Assembly: GCA_038214755.1 (NCBI GenBank)
Contig: JBBQRQ010000010.1
Coordinates: forward strand, 1 to 64,000
Source of the DNA: Verrucomicrobiota bacterium
GTDB lineage: Bacteria > Verrucomicrobiota > Verrucomicrobiia > Limisphaerales > CANJXF01
Reading direction: 5' to 3'
Length of the DNA stretch: 64,000 bases
In this document: one piece after another, positions 1 to 11,532 of the stretch
Layout of the letters: each line of letters begins with the position of its first letter
Position numbering within the stretch: the first letter of the stretch is position 1
The notes under the pieces: model-generated
Told to the model about the DNA's origin: nothing
The model's database searches: none
Seen by the model: the letters and a program-made list of their open reading frames with translations, nothing else
Position numbers and translations under genes: made by a program

Positions 1-139
1 CCGCGACGGTTCAAAAAATCATGGACAAGGTCGCGCGGGGGCGAGCCGCCTTGGAAACGATCAAGCCGGGCTGGTCGCAAAAGAAAAAGCGGAAAAAGCG
101 AAGAAAATAAGTATAGTCATTTATGGGACACTAGACTAG
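1..139 (+). mobile_element. Right end of an IS630-family insertion sequence (transposase C-terminus plus terminal repeat)
   Basis: Frame 3..110 reads ATVQKIMDKVARGRAALETIKPGWSQKKKRKKRRK*, resembling IS630-family transposase C-termini. It is followed by ...ggacactagactag ending in CTAG (136-139), which fits IS630 ends and TA/CTAG targets. Confidence 0.7.
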
Positions 140-1454
140 AAAGAGGGCTAGTTCGGCTGACCAGTTTTTCGTATGCGTCTGTCAAGCCGTCCGAATCTGA
201 ATCCTGGCCGGTTCCCAAAATGAGATAGACAGATAGGCTTGGCAGATTGGTTAGCGCATAGGTGTTGCAATGATACCCTTGCCCCATCCATCCCCATTGA
301 GCGTTGGTCAGCGAAGACCCAACAAAAGCGGTGGTGGCAAAGACATCGTAGGGCAAGAAGTCCGCACCTCCTTGAATAGTGAACGTTAAATTCACCGTCC
401 CGTTACCGGCGACTGTGGCAACTATATTAGTGAACCAAACGTTGCTGCTTGTCACGCAGTTGGATACCGTGCCGACAAACTGCAGATTACCTTGTCCGCT
501 AATCGCCTGGTAAATGCCGGGAGAAGAAGAAGGGTTGGAATCGGCCGAAGAAATATTAGCCGAATTGAGCGGGTTCAAATAATAAAAGAACGATTCCATG
601 CTGAACGTGCTGCTGATTCTTGCTGCGTCCAGTTGGAAGTTATAAGTCGAGATGTCATCAAACATCCCGCGCGCTTGCGTCAGTCCTGCATTGTCACTAC
701 CTATAAAAAAACCTTCCGCCAGCACGTCAGCATCGGGCAAGTAAGTTACAGCCAACCCATTGGTCGCCAGTTCTCCGTCGAGATAAAGCGCGGAGTTGGT
801 CGGCGAATAGGTCAGCGCAATCATATGCCAGCGGTTGGTCGTCCAGGCAATGGGCGCAGAAAGATGCGTTTGACCTGCGCCGTTGGTTTGCGAGGAGAAA
901 TAAATGTTTGCGCCGTCCGGATCGAGATAGACACTCCACCAGCCGTAACTCGCATTGGTCGTATAAGAGCCAACTTCAATCAAGCGTCCCCATTGTCCGG
1001 GACCGTTGCCGCCTTGATTTGTTCCCGACCAGTTTGGCGCAAACCAAAACATCAAGGTTCCTTCGTTCACCGTCAGATTGGTGGCGGCGTCATCTTCAAA
1101 GACGTTGTATTGCAGCCAGGCTCCATTGGTGTTGTCTAACAAGAGCGCGTTACCTTTTCCGAACGGCGACACCTCAAGATTGGTAAAAGAAACCGGCGCG
1201 TGGCCACGCTCACTTGGCCAGGTATTGGTATTGCTGAACGCCCAACAATCCAGCCAGTCGTAAGTAGGAGGATCGCCCGGAGAAGGTTGTGCGCGAACCA
1301 CGACCGCCAGCGGAAAAAGCAACAAAAGAAAAATCCCGCGGATGTAACGAAAACGCCGTGCCGCCGGATGCAAAGAGAACCTTCGCTGGAAGTCGTTCTT
1401 TAAGGATGAAGGAGCGAGAGGACTTTCCTGCGACGCGGGGTCGATTGTTTTCAT
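117..1454 (-). pseudogene. Secreted LamG-like jellyroll (concanavalin A-like) protein, 3' end truncated by the IS
   Basis: Hydrophobic signal segment (IFLLLLFPLAVVVRAQ), LamG motifs (WHMIALTY...LYLDGEL, GMFDDISTY) and a DSDSDGLTDAYE Ca-binding-type repeat. The last residues (SSLVSHK*) are read from the IS end. Start placed at MKTIDP. Confidence 0.7.
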
Positions 1455-1644
1455 GGGTTGTTTTCGGAACGGGCCTTGATCGGGAATTCCATTATTGAGG
1501 AGCACGGGATTTTTATAATGAAAGGGAAATAACATTACAAGCATTTTTACTAGGAGTGGTCTGTAAGGGTACCATCAGTTCAGAGTTGCGCTTGCTACGG
1601 TCGCGGCCATCGAAGACACGCCGTTAAACGTAATAGGGCCACAA

Positions 1645-1914
1645 GTGCGAAAGCTGCGCCTAGAGAAAGGCTGGACCCAAAATCAGCTTGCCGTGAAGTT
1701 ACAAATTTTCGGATGGGATACCAGTCGCGAGTCGGTTGCTAAACTCGAACATCAACGAAGGCGAGCTCCGGATCTTGAACTCTTTGTCCTCGCTAAAGTC
1801 TTGAGTGCCAAATTAGAAGATTTTTTCCCGCGTAATTTGCGGGCGAAAATAAAAGACCTTTGGCCAGACTACCGTGCCAAACTCTCGCGTGGGCAACTTC
1901 CGCCCGGAAATTGA
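1645..1914 (+). CDS. XRE/Cro-C1 helix-turn-helix transcriptional regulator
   Basis: RKLRLEKGWTQNQLAVKLQ...SRESVAKLE...ELFVLAKVL HTH_3 pattern; divergent from the LamG gene; start uncertain. Confidence 0.8.
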   Translation: MRKLRLEKGWTQNQLAVKLQIFGWDTSRESVAKLEHQRRRAPDLELFVLAKVLSAKLEDFFPRNLRAKIKDLWPDYRAKLSRGQLPPGN

Positions 1915-1998
1915 TGCTCCAATCTTTTGTTTCGAAAACCTCTGCGGTATGAACGCCGCGCTCCGTCGGCCTTATCTCGATTTGGGTCACACGGGCCG

Positions 1999-4900
1999 TC
2001 ACGATGCGCCGTCTTCCGAGAAGAGGTACTCCAAATCCATTGCCGATAAGTTGCGCGCGAAACCTTCCTCGCCCAGAACGTCGGCGATAGTTTGCGCCTT
2101 GCGTTGCTGCAGGTCCCAGATTTTTTCTTCAACCGTTCCGGGCGCAATCAGACGATAGGCATTGACCGTGCGGGTTTGGCCGATGCGATGGGAACGATCA
2201 ATCGCCTGAGCTTCGACCGCCGGGTTCCACCAGGGATCATAGAGCACAACGTAGCTTGCAGTGGTGAGATTGAGTCCAGTGCCGGCAGCGCGCAGGCTTA
2301 GCAAAAACAACGAACCTTTCGGCTCCTCTTGAAAGGCATTGACGACGGCCTGCCGATCCTTCGTTTCGCCGGTGAGGATGTGAGTGGAGATGCCGCGCTG
2401 GCCACATTCTTTTTCCAACAACTTCAACATCTGCACGAACTGGCTGAACACCAAAACTTTTTGGTTGGCGGCCAGCAAAGGTTCCAACAATTCAAATAAA
2501 GTTTCGGTTTTGCCGGAGGGCGAATCGTTGCCGACCAGTTGAGGGTGACAACAAATCTGGCGCAACCGCGTCAAAGCGGCGAGCACGTGAATGGTGCTTC
2601 TGCCCAAACCTTTTTCGGCGACGGTTTGCATGACTTGCTCGCGGCTGCGGCGAAGTTCGGCCAGATAAAGTTTTCTTTGCGCCTCGCCGAGATCGCAGTC
2701 GCGCCGCTCTTCGATGCGGTCGGGCAAATCGCGGGCCACTTGTTTTTTTAATCGGCGCAGCAGGAGCGGGCGCAGCTTGGCGGAGAGCCGTCGGCGCGCG
2801 ATACGCGCTTCCAACTCGGACCCTTCTTCCAACGGGGAACTTGGAACGCGAAACTCGGAACTGTCTGCACTCGGAATTTTTGACTCCGCGTTCCGCGTTC
2901 CGCGTTCGGCGTTGTTCGGCTTGGGTTCGTACTTCTCCGTGAACTGTTGTTGCGTTCCAAGAAAGTTTGGCTGCACAAAATCGACAATGCTCCATAGATC
3001 GAGCAAACGATTTTCCAACGGCGTTCCCGTGAGAGCCAGGCGCTGTTCGGCGACGAGTTGCTTGACCGATTGCGTGACCTGCGCATCGGGATTTTTTATG
3101 AATTGCGCCTCGTCCAACACTGCGGCGCGAAAGGAAAATTTTTGCAACGCTTCCAGATCTCGACGGAGCAGAGCGTAATTGGTCACGATCAAATCGTGTT
3201 GCGGAATCTGTTGGCGCAAGTTGTGTCGCGCGGCGCCACTTTCCAAAACAAGGACTTTTAGGTGCGGCGTAAACTTTTCGCTTTCGCGCCGCCAGTTGTG
3301 CAGAACCGACGCCGGACAAATTACCAAGGCAGGTTTCGGATTGTTGGGATGTTGCGATTGCAGCCAGGAAATCCAGGCCAACGTTTGCAATGTTTTTCCC
3401 AAGCCCATGTCGTCGGCGAGAATTCCACCGAGCTTGTGCCGAGTGAGATGGCAAAGAAAATCAAACCCCTCTTTTTGGTAGGGACGTAATTCTGCGGTGA
3501 TATTTTTTGGCAATTCAGTCGGGATAATTCCGGTGAAATCGGCCAGACTTTTTCGCAACGCCTGGGCCTGCGGCGAATCGACAAAACGTTGCAAACCGGC
3601 TTCGTCCAGGTGCGCGGCTTGTTCCAGACCGAGCCGTTGCGGAATCGGAATCAAACCATCCACTCCGAGATCGGCAAAAGCCTCGTGAGCAGATTGCACC
3701 GCGGACGGATCGAGTTCCATCCAACCCGCGTTGGGCAGATGCACGAAGCGGCCGGTGGCAGTTTGCAATCGTTGGAGATCGGCGGGTGTCAGTTTCAAAC
3801 CTTCAATTTCCCACTCGGTCGAGACGGAGAACCAATCGATCCCGCTGCCTTTGACCACCAGATGCGGACGAAGCTGGCGCGGCGCTAAAAACAAGCGATG
3901 AAAAGCGGGGTTGCCCAGATAGTCCGCTTCACTCGGACGATCCGCCCAGGCCTGGGCGAGTGCGTTGAGAAAATTTTCATTCGCGTCGCCCAGCCAAACT
4001 CCCGGCTCCGGGGTGAACCAATCTAAACGCCTCAGCCATTGGCTCGCTGGTTCCAGGCGATCATCTTCCAAAATCTCCGGGCGATCACTCGTGCGAACCA
4101 CCGGCTCATCGCTTTGCCATTCGTGGCCCGTCCAGTGCCACAGGGTTTGGTCTCTTCCGCTACGCGCTTGCAGTCGCAGGCGAACCACTTCGTCGCTCAA
4201 CTCAAAAGTGAACTGCGGCTTGGCGGGATGTGCGACACAAAGTTGTTCCCAATCGACTCCCGGCGTCAGTTGACTTTTGCGCAGGTTGGTGACGAGACGA
4301 TGACTGAGTTTGCTGACCGGCAACGATTTTTTTTTCGCCCACGAATCAAGCAATTCGGTGGGAGGCCCATTGCGCAGCAGATAGAAAGTGTCGCCGATGA
4401 GCACGAGCGACGGACGGCCTGCAAAAAATTTGACCGAGTTGAATGGATGCACCTCGCCATTGGGCAAAAGCAAATTGTGAGTGAAGGAAAGTTCTTCGCC
4501 GATTTTTTCGAGGTTGGGTTTCAGTTCGGCGAGGTGGCCATGAAATTTGAGGACAGTTTGGTCGAGTTGCAGGCGCGCGTTGTCGCCCCAGCGGACGAGC
4601 CATTGCAATAACTCCAGGCCCGTCAAAGTAATGCTGTCCCACAACCCTTCCGGGTCGGCATGAGTTTCCGCCAGCCACTGAATAAATTCCCAATCGAGCG
4701 GAGAAAAAAGTTCCTGCTCATGGGCGGAACGGGTGGTGAGTTCGATAATTTCCGAAAGTGTTTTTGGTTTTTCGCCGGTGCGTGGACGGAACAAATGAAA
4801 TTTCACGACGAGCGCTTGCAGGGCGGAATCTCCTTCAAAAGGCAATGTCTCACAGACAATGCGCAGAGCGGCGCGGGGCGAATCCAAGTGGCCCGGCGCC

Positions 4901-5358
4901 GGAGGAAAAAGCCAGTGCTCAAGTTGTTTGACTAATTCCTTGTCCTTTTCCGCCTGCTCGATTTCCGCGAAGCGATCCAGATTGGCGTGAGGAGTAAGTT
5001 CGGTCGGCAGAGGCCGATTGGCGCGCAGAAATAAAATGGCCGTTTCTTCGAGTCGTTTTTTTCCTTTGACGGCCAGCAAACGCGGCCACCAGTCCTGGCC
5101 GGAAAAATCTTTGCGGGAGAGGGAAAGTTTCTCGAAATAATCTTCGAGCAAAAGCCAGGCGCGTTGCGAGTCGCTGCAATCAGAAAACATTTGGAGCAGC
5201 TCGGTGCGCTCGGCCACGGCGGCTTTGGAATCGGAAAGTTCGCGACGCAAATCCGCCAGCGCCCCGTAAGTCTTGGTCAGAACGGTGTGATGCGCGTCGT
5301 ATTTGGTGGTCGTTCCCGATTTGGTCGTGGAACCCGTTTTACGTGTCGTCTTCGCCAT
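1999..5358 (-). CDS. SNF2-family (SWI2/SNF2) ATP-dependent helicase
   Basis: LRPYQKEG, ILADDMGLGKTLQ, DEAQFIKN, LTGTPLEN, KVLVFSQF, GTGLNLT, QAIDRSHRIGQ motifs. Confidence 0.95.
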   Translation of the reverse strand: MAKTTRKTGSTTKSGTTTKYDAHHTVLTKTYGALADLRRELSDSKAAVAERTELLQMFSDCSDSQRAWLLLEDYFEKLSLSRKDFSGQDWWPRLLAVKGKKRLEETAILFLRANRPLPTELTPHANLDRFAEIEQAEKDKELVKQLEHWLFPPAPGHLDSPRAALRIVCETLPFEGDSALQALVVKFHLFRPRTGEKPKTLSEIIELTTRSAHEQELFSPLDWEFIQWLAETHADPEGLWDSITLTGLELLQWLVRWGDNARLQLDQTVLKFHGHLAELKPNLEKIGEELSFTHNLLLPNGEVHPFNSVKFFAGRPSLVLIGDTFYLLRNGPPTELLDSWAKKKSLPVSKLSHRLVTNLRKSQLTPGVDWEQLCVAHPAKPQFTFELSDEVVRLRLQARSGRDQTLWHWTGHEWQSDEPVVRTSDRPEILEDDRLEPASQWLRRLDWFTPEPGVWLGDANENFLNALAQAWADRPSEADYLGNPAFHRLFLAPRQLRPHLVVKGSGIDWFSVSTEWEIEGLKLTPADLQRLQTATGRFVHLPNAGWMELDPSAVQSAHEAFADLGVDGLIPIPQRLGLEQAAHLDEAGLQRFVDSPQAQALRKSLADFTGIIPTELPKNITAELRPYQKEGFDFLCHLTRHKLGGILADDMGLGKTLQTLAWISWLQSQHPNNPKPALVICPASVLHNWRRESEKFTPHLKVLVLESGAARHNLRQQIPQHDLIVTNYALLRRDLEALQKFSFRAAVLDEAQFIKNPDAQVTQSVKQLVAEQRLALTGTPLENRLLDLWSIVDFVQPNFLGTQQQFTEKYEPKPNNAERGTRNAESKIPSADSSEFRVPSSPLEEGSELEARIARRRLSAKLRPLLLRRLKKQVARDLPDRIEERRDCDLGEAQRKLYLAELRRSREQVMQTVAEKGLGRSTIHVLAALTRLRQICCHPQLVGNDSPSGKTETLFELLEPLLAANQKVLVFSQFVQMLKLLEKECGQRGISTHILTGETKDRQAVVNAFQEEPKGSLFLLSLRAAGTGLNLTTASYVVLYDPWWNPAVEAQAIDRSHRIGQTRTVNAYRLIAPGTVEEKIWDLQQRKAQTIADVLGEEGFARNLSAMDLEYLFSEDGAS
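2836..2911. repeat. Heptamer tandem-repeat element (GGAACNN x4 ... TTCCGCG x4, inverted arms), in frame inside SNF2
   Basis: ggaactt-ggaacgc-gaaactc-ggaactg ... ctccgcg-ttccgcg-ttccgcg-ttcggcg; encodes NAERGTRNAESKIPSADSSEFRVPSSP. Confidence 0.8.
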
Positions 5359-5518
5359 GTGTTACCCATTTCCAGCCGTGCATTCGCTCACAAAAGGGGG
5401 GTTGGGGTCAATTAGAAAGCAGGAAAAGTAAATTGTGCCAAGTGAAACTTGTTCACAAAAGGTTCGAGCCGAAAATAATCGGACAAGAGTTTGCCGCACT
5501 CTCATACGCCGCGCCGTT

Positions 5519-5647
5519 CTTTGGACTGCGGCAGCATGACGCCGCTTTTCCTGCACGCCACGCTGAGAGATGAAGCTCTCGAACCGACGGAGCCGCTCTC
5601 TTTTTCCTTCGTGCAGCCAAAGCGGGGACATGTCCCCGCACTCCAAA
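5519..5647. repeat. REP-like palindromic element, family B (degenerate copy)
   Basis: tttggactgcggcagcatgacgccgcttt ... aaagcggggacatgtccccgcactccaaa inverted arms; related to 55765-55858 and the copies inside 15110-15618. Confidence 0.7.
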
Positions 5648-5698
5648 TAGGCCGCGAGGTTCCCCCCAGGTTTAATCCATTTTGTAGCGGCGAATTAA

Positions 5699-6718
5699 TT
5701 AACTGGCAGCAGCGCGTTCCAAGCGATCCCGGATGGCGTCCCACTCTCGCGTCTTCGGCAAATCTTCTATCACGATCAATTCGGCCCCCGCCTCGTCGCA
5801 TTGATGAAGCTCGGCATACCACGCCCGGCCAAAAGCATCCGCGTCGTGAGGAATCACGGCGACCCGGCCGAATTTTTCGCTCGCCGGAATTTTGGTGTGC
5901 GCAATGATGTGAACCTTCGTCAGGGGCGATTTACGATTTACGATTTGCGCTTCCAAATCCAACTCATCGCGCCAGGATAAAATCACCAGCTTCGCTTTGG
6001 GCGAGTAATGTTTTTTTAATAAACCGGGGCTTCGCAAAACCTCTTCGCTGTCCCCAAAACCCAGAGTCAATTCGCCAACGACCGCGAGCAATGATTCCGC
6101 GTGAATCATGCCCGGTCGCAACAGCCGGGGCGGTTGCGCGGTCAAATCGATCACCGTCGATTCGATGCCCACCTGCGATTGTCCGCCATCGATGATCAAA
6201 GAAATTTTGTCGCCTAAACTTTTTTTTACGTGGCCGGCGTTCGTCGGAGAAATTTGGCCCGAATGATTCGCGCTCGGCGCCGCCAGCGGAAAATCACAGG
6301 CGCGAATCACCGCTTGAATGAATGGATGACTCGGCCAGCGCACACCCACCGTTTTTCCACCGGCCGTCACTGCATCAGGAATTTTTTCCGAACGTGGCAA
6401 AATCAAAGTCAGCGGCCCCGGCCAAAATGCGTTTGCTAATTTCTGCGCGAGGTCCGGCCAATATTCGACGCAGCGCTGCGCCATGTCCAAACTGGCGACA
6501 TGGACAATAATGGGGTTTTGCGCGGGACGATCTTTTGCCTGAAAAATTTTCGCGACGGCCTTTTCGTCAAACGCATTGGCGGCGAGGCCGTAAACCGTTT
6601 CCGTCGGCAGCGCAACGAGTTCACCCTCGCGCAATATTTTGGCCGCGTGTAGCACGGCTGCATCAAAAAGCGCAGCGTTGTGGGTCGGCAAAATTTCGAC
6701 TTTAAACTTTTTTTCCAT
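5699..6718 (-). CDS. sua5: L-threonylcarbamoyladenylate synthase (Sua5: YrdC domain plus SUA5 C-terminal domain)
   Basis: VALPTETVYGLAA, KDRPAQNPIIVH, FWPGPLT, AAPSAN, GIESTV, SPGLLKKHYSP. Start placed at MEKK because the upstream ATG lies inside a REP. Confidence 0.93.
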   Translation of the reverse strand: MEKKFKVEILPTHNAALFDAAVLHAAKILREGELVALPTETVYGLAANAFDEKAVAKIFQAKDRPAQNPIIVHVASLDMAQRCVEYWPDLAQKLANAFWPGPLTLILPRSEKIPDAVTAGGKTVGVRWPSHPFIQAVIRACDFPLAAPSANHSGQISPTNAGHVKKSLGDKISLIIDGGQSQVGIESTVIDLTAQPPRLLRPGMIHAESLLAVVGELTLGFGDSEEVLRSPGLLKKHYSPKAKLVILSWRDELDLEAQIVNRKSPLTKVHIIAHTKIPASEKFGRVAVIPHDADAFGRAWYAELHQCDEAGAELIVIEDLPKTREWDAIRDRLERAAAS

Positions 6719-6723
6719 TTGTG

Positions 6724-6920
6724 CGGGTAGCATCTGCCTCCGGCGAGTGCGAAGACATTTCTTCGTTCGATGTTCGATGTTGGATGTTCGATGTTGGATG
6801 TTCGATGTTGGATGTTCGATGTTCGATGTTCAGTGTTCAATGTTGGTTTTAATTTTCAAACATCGAACGTCGAACGTCGAATAAGGTTTTTTCGCACCCG
6901 CCGGAGGCAGATGCTACCCG
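6724..6920. repeat. Composite element: family-E inverted arms enclosing TTCGATG/TTGGATG heptamer array
   Basis: cgggtagcatctgcctccggcgagtgcgaa ... about 11 heptamers and a short inverted heptamer run ... ttcgcacccgccggaggcagatgctacccg. Confidence 0.88.
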
Positions 6921-7002
6921 GCGGATTTGAACATCGCGACGTTACTGGATTTTCCATTTCATTTCGTTTTGGACTTTCCGATTTTGAATTTAAAGTTTTT
7001 TC

Positions 7003-8112
<1,110 letters not shown>

Positions 8113-8140
8113 AGCGGTTGCCGAAATAAATTTCCGGATA

Positions 8141-8212
8141 GGAACGCCGATTTCCTAGTCGGCAGGAGGTCGAACGATCGAGCGCAAAGAGCCGAACCGG
8201 AGTTCGGCGTTC
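8141..8212. repeat. REP-like palindrome, family C (intergenic copy)
   Basis: ggaacgccgatttcctagtcggc ... gccgaaccggagttcggcgttcc; its reverse complement closely matches the arms of the insert in recQ at 22085-22161. Confidence 0.8.
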
Positions 8213-8347
8213 CGTTCGCAAAATGCGTTGTCGAAAATTATTTTGGCAACCAATCCAGGAAAATAATTCCAGCGAAAGACTTCAAACCGTCAAAGCCGTT
8301 TCGTTCTTGCCATCAATCTTCCCGTTAGCGGAATGTATCCAACCTTT

Positions 8348-9361
8348 ATGGCGAAAAAAGCACTCATCACCGGTATCACCGGACAGGACGGATCGTACCT
8401 GGCGGAACTGTTGTTGGGAAAAGGGTACGAGGTTCACGGACTTATCCGGCGCGCGAGCACTTTTAATACGGGGCGGCTCGATCCGATTTACGCGGACCCG
8501 CATTCAGGCAAGAGCCGTTTGTTTTTGCATTACGGCGATTTGAGCGATGCGAGCGGTTTGGCGCGATTGATCGGAAAAATTCAGCCGGAAGAAATTTATA
8601 ATCTCGCGGCCCAAAGCCACGTGCGGGTGAGTTTCGATGCGCCGGAATACACGACCGATGTGACGGGCACGGGAACGATCCGCTTGCTCGAAGCGATTCG
8701 CGAGACGGGTATCAAGCCGCGATTTTATCAGGCGTCGTCCAGCGAGATGTACGGGCTGGTGCAGGAAGTTCCGCAGACGGAGAAAACGCCTTTTTATCCA
8801 CGAAGCCCGTACGGGTGCGCGAAAGTTTATTCATTTTGGATCACGGTGAATTACCGGGAATCTTACGGGCTGCACGCGAGCAACGGGATTTTGTTCAATC
8901 ACGAATCTCCACGGCGCGGCGAAACTTTTGTCACGCGAAAAATCACCCGCGCTCTGGCGCACATTCAAGCGGGGTTGCAGGACAAACTTTATCTGGGAAA
9001 TCTCGACGCCAAGCGCGACTGGGGTTACGCGAAAGAATATGTGGACGCGATGTGGCTGATGCTGCAACAGGAGAAGGCCGATGATTATGTCATCGCCACG
9101 AACGAGACCCATTCCATTCGCGAATTTTTAGATGTGGCTTTCGGTCACGTCGGAATGGATTGGAAGAAATTTGTGGAGATCGATCCGCGCTACTATCGCC
9201 CCGCCGAAGTGGAACTGCTCATCGGCGATGCGAGCAAAGCCAAACGACAGCTTGGTTGGGAGCCGAAAACTAAATTTGCCGATTTGGTCAAGCTGATGGT
9301 CGATGCCGACACCAAACTTCTGAAAGATCATCGAGAGGGAAAAATAAAAGTTTCCGGTTAG
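8348..9361 (+). CDS. gmd: GDP-mannose 4,6-dehydratase
   Basis: [62 protein letters not shown]. Confidence 0.97.
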   Translation: MAKKALITGITGQDGSYLAELLLGKGYEVHGLIRRASTFNTGRLDPIYADPHSGKSRLFLHYGDLSDASGLARLIGKIQPEEIYNLAAQSHVRVSFDAPEYTTDVTGTGTIRLLEAIRETGIKPRFYQASSSEMYGLVQEVPQTEKTPFYPRSPYGCAKVYSFWITVNYRESYGLHASNGILFNHESPRRGETFVTRKITRALAHIQAGLQDKLYLGNLDAKRDWGYAKEYVDAMWLMLQQEKADDYVIATNETHSIREFLDVAFGHVGMDWKKFVEIDPRYYRPAEVELLIGDASKAKRQLGWEPKTKFADLVKLMVDADTKLLKDHREGKIKVSG

Positions 9362-9389
9362 TCCATTCGTAATCGACCGCCGAGTTGCC

Positions 9390-10673
9390 ATGAGCGAACG
9401 AACACAAACGAAAGTTTTGTTTTATTTGAACAAGGCGCTTTCCGCCGCGGGCAAAACGGTTTTGCCTCAAGTAAAACAATATCGTTTTCCCCTGGTGGAA
9501 CAGAGCTATGGCACCGAAGAAATTTTGGCGGCGTGCCAGGTTTTGTTCAGCGGCCAACTGACCATGGGCGGGAGGGTCAAGGCATTCGAAGAACAATTTG
9601 CAAAATATGTTGGGTCAAAATTTGCGGTGATGGTCAATTCGGGGTCCTCGGCCAACTTGCTGGCGGTGGCTGCGGTTTGCGATCCAGCCTCGCCAAAAAA
9701 ATTAAAGCGCGGAAATCGCGTGGCCATTCCAGCCGTGGCCTGGTCCACCTCCATTTGGCCCTGGACACAATTCGGTCTCGAACCGGTGTTTGTCGATGTC
9801 GATCCTCACACGCTAAATCTCGACCAGAAATCCCTGGAAGAGGCTCATCGCAAGACGCCCTTTCAAGCCATTCAACTGGTTCACACTCTCGGCAATGCTT
9901 GTGAGATGAAACCAGTTTTAGCGTTTGCCAAAAAAAATAGAATCCTGGTTTTTGAAGATACGTGTGAATCGCTCGGTTCAACCTGGAAACAAGATTTTCT
10001 GGGGACATTCGGTGAGATGGGGACTTATAGTTTTTATTTCTCACATCACATCACCACCATCGAGGGCGGAATGGTGGTGACGAACAGCCAGAAATATGTG
10101 GACATCCTTCGGACTCAACGCGCGCATGGCTGGGCGAGACAGCATTCCGAATACTCCCGATTCATTCGCGAGAATCCCGAGGTCGATCCTCGTTTCCTTT
10201 TTATTTCTACTGGCTTCAATTTGCGACCGATGGAAATTCAGGCGGTGTTTGGGGAATGTCAGCTTCGTAAATTGGCCGCGATGAATCGTCATCGCATTGC
10301 CAACGTTCGCGCATTGCAGACGAAATTAATTACTTTGAATTTGGGATTGTCATTTCCAAAACCTACGACGGATTTGGAGGCGGCCTGGTTTGGTTTTTCT
10401 TTTCTTCTCCCTGAAGGACTGGCCAGGAAGCGTCAAAAAATCAGTGAAAAATTACTTCAATTCGGAGTGGATTCGCGACCGATCATTTCAGGCAGCTGGA
10501 TTCGCCAGCCCGCGATCCGTCAATTGAAATGTCATTTTCCAAACGCGCCTTATCCGGGAGCGGAAGCCATCCATCAGCGCGGACTTTACATTGGCTGTTA
10601 CACCACACCGGCGACCAAATCCGCCCTCGATGAATTGGCAGGGCTGCTGGCCAAAGCGATTCGAGAAAGTTAA
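9390..10673 (+). CDS. DegT/DnrJ-fold PLP/PMP enzyme, ColD-like GDP-4-keto-6-deoxymannose 3-dehydratase
   Basis: VNSGSSANLLA, EDTCESLG, and SFYFSHHITTIEGGM with His where aminotransferases have the Schiff-base Lys; RAHGW; GFNLRPMEIQA; directly after gmd. Confidence 0.8.
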   Translation: MSERTQTKVLFYLNKALSAAGKTVLPQVKQYRFPLVEQSYGTEEILAACQVLFSGQLTMGGRVKAFEEQFAKYVGSKFAVMVNSGSSANLLAVAAVCDPASPKKLKRGNRVAIPAVAWSTSIWPWTQFGLEPVFVDVDPHTLNLDQKSLEEAHRKTPFQAIQLVHTLGNACEMKPVLAFAKKNRILVFEDTCESLGSTWKQDFLGTFGEMGTYSFYFSHHITTIEGGMVVTNSQKYVDILRTQRAHGWARQHSEYSRFIRENPEVDPRFLFISTGFNLRPMEIQAVFGECQLRKLAAMNRHRIANVRALQTKLITLNLGLSFPKPTTDLEAAWFGFSFLLPEGLARKRQKISEKLLQFGVDSRPIISGSWIRQPAIRQLKCHFPNAPYPGAEAIHQRGLYIGCYTTPATKSALDELAGLLAKAIRES

Positions 10674-11527
10674 TTCTCGGCGGACAAAGTTTTTCTCAGA
10701 CGGCTGTTATCTCCGTAAAGCGCGTCCTCGCTGCCTGCTCCATCCAAAATCAAATTAGCCCGCGACTTCAAAAGTTCGTGAACGCGCAGGGCGATTTCGC
10801 CGACGGAGGTGGGACGACCCGCGCAAATATTTATAGTGCCCTCGCTGCGCCGCGCCGCCAGATGCATCAAAGTGAAAGCGATGTCGTCTGCGTGCAGGAT
10901 GTCCCGTTGCGCCAGGCTATTTTTTACAGTGACTTCGCGCTCCGATTCCAGGCGGCGGATCAGTCCGGGGACGAGATAGGAATTTGATTGCTCCTCCGCG
11001 CTGAAAGAAAAAATTCTGCCAATCAAATGTCGAGCGCACAATCGGCGCACCGCAAATTCTCCCGCGAGTTTTGTTTCGCCATAGGCTGAGATAGGAGACA
11101 ACGGATCAGACTCGCGCCGCGCGGTAGCAGAAGGCGCATACACGTGACTGGTCGAAGCATAGACAAAAAATATTCCTCGTTGCGCGCAAGTTTTTGCCAG
11201 CCCGGCGGTCGCGACTGCATTTACTTTCAACGCTTCAGAATAATTTTCAGTCACCCAAAAAGTCGGGACCTTCGCGGCAAAGTGGAAAAGCACGTCGGGC
11301 TGGATCCGATCCAGCCAGGATTCCATGAACGAGGAATCACAAATGTCACCTGGACATTCCGCGACAGCAAAGCCGCCGCCACGCAAGTGGGACTGCAATC
11401 GTTTCCCTAAAACGCCGCGCTGCCCGGTCAAAGCCGGTCGTTGAAAAGCGCTGGGAGCCAACTTCACCGCCGCCAGAGCTTTGACAAAGTCGGGCGGAGG
11501 GAGGAGTTGGCGAACGATGGAGTCCAC
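10670..11527 (-). CDS. NAD-dependent epimerase/dehydratase/reductase (extended SDR)
   Basis: TGQRGVLG Rossmann-like motif, HFAA, ASTSHVY, YGETK (YxxxK), RDILHADD. Confidence 0.85.
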   Translation of the reverse strand: MDSIVRQLLPPPDFVKALAAVKLAPSAFQRPALTGQRGVLGKRLQSHLRGGGFAVAECPGDICDSSFMESWLDRIQPDVLFHFAAKVPTFWVTENYSEALKVNAVATAGLAKTCAQRGIFFVYASTSHVYAPSATARRESDPLSPISAYGETKLAGEFAVRRLCARHLIGRIFSFSAEEQSNSYLVPGLIRRLESEREVTVKNSLAQRDILHADDIAFTLMHLAARRSEGTINICAGRPTSVGEIALRVHELLKSRANLILDGAGSEDALYGDNSRLRKTLSAEN

Positions 11528-11532
11528 AATGA

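Noticed and set aside
4326..4336. T9 homopolymer in SNF2 as a phase-variation tract
   Set aside because: In frame (Lys codons), and A/T runs are common in this genome.
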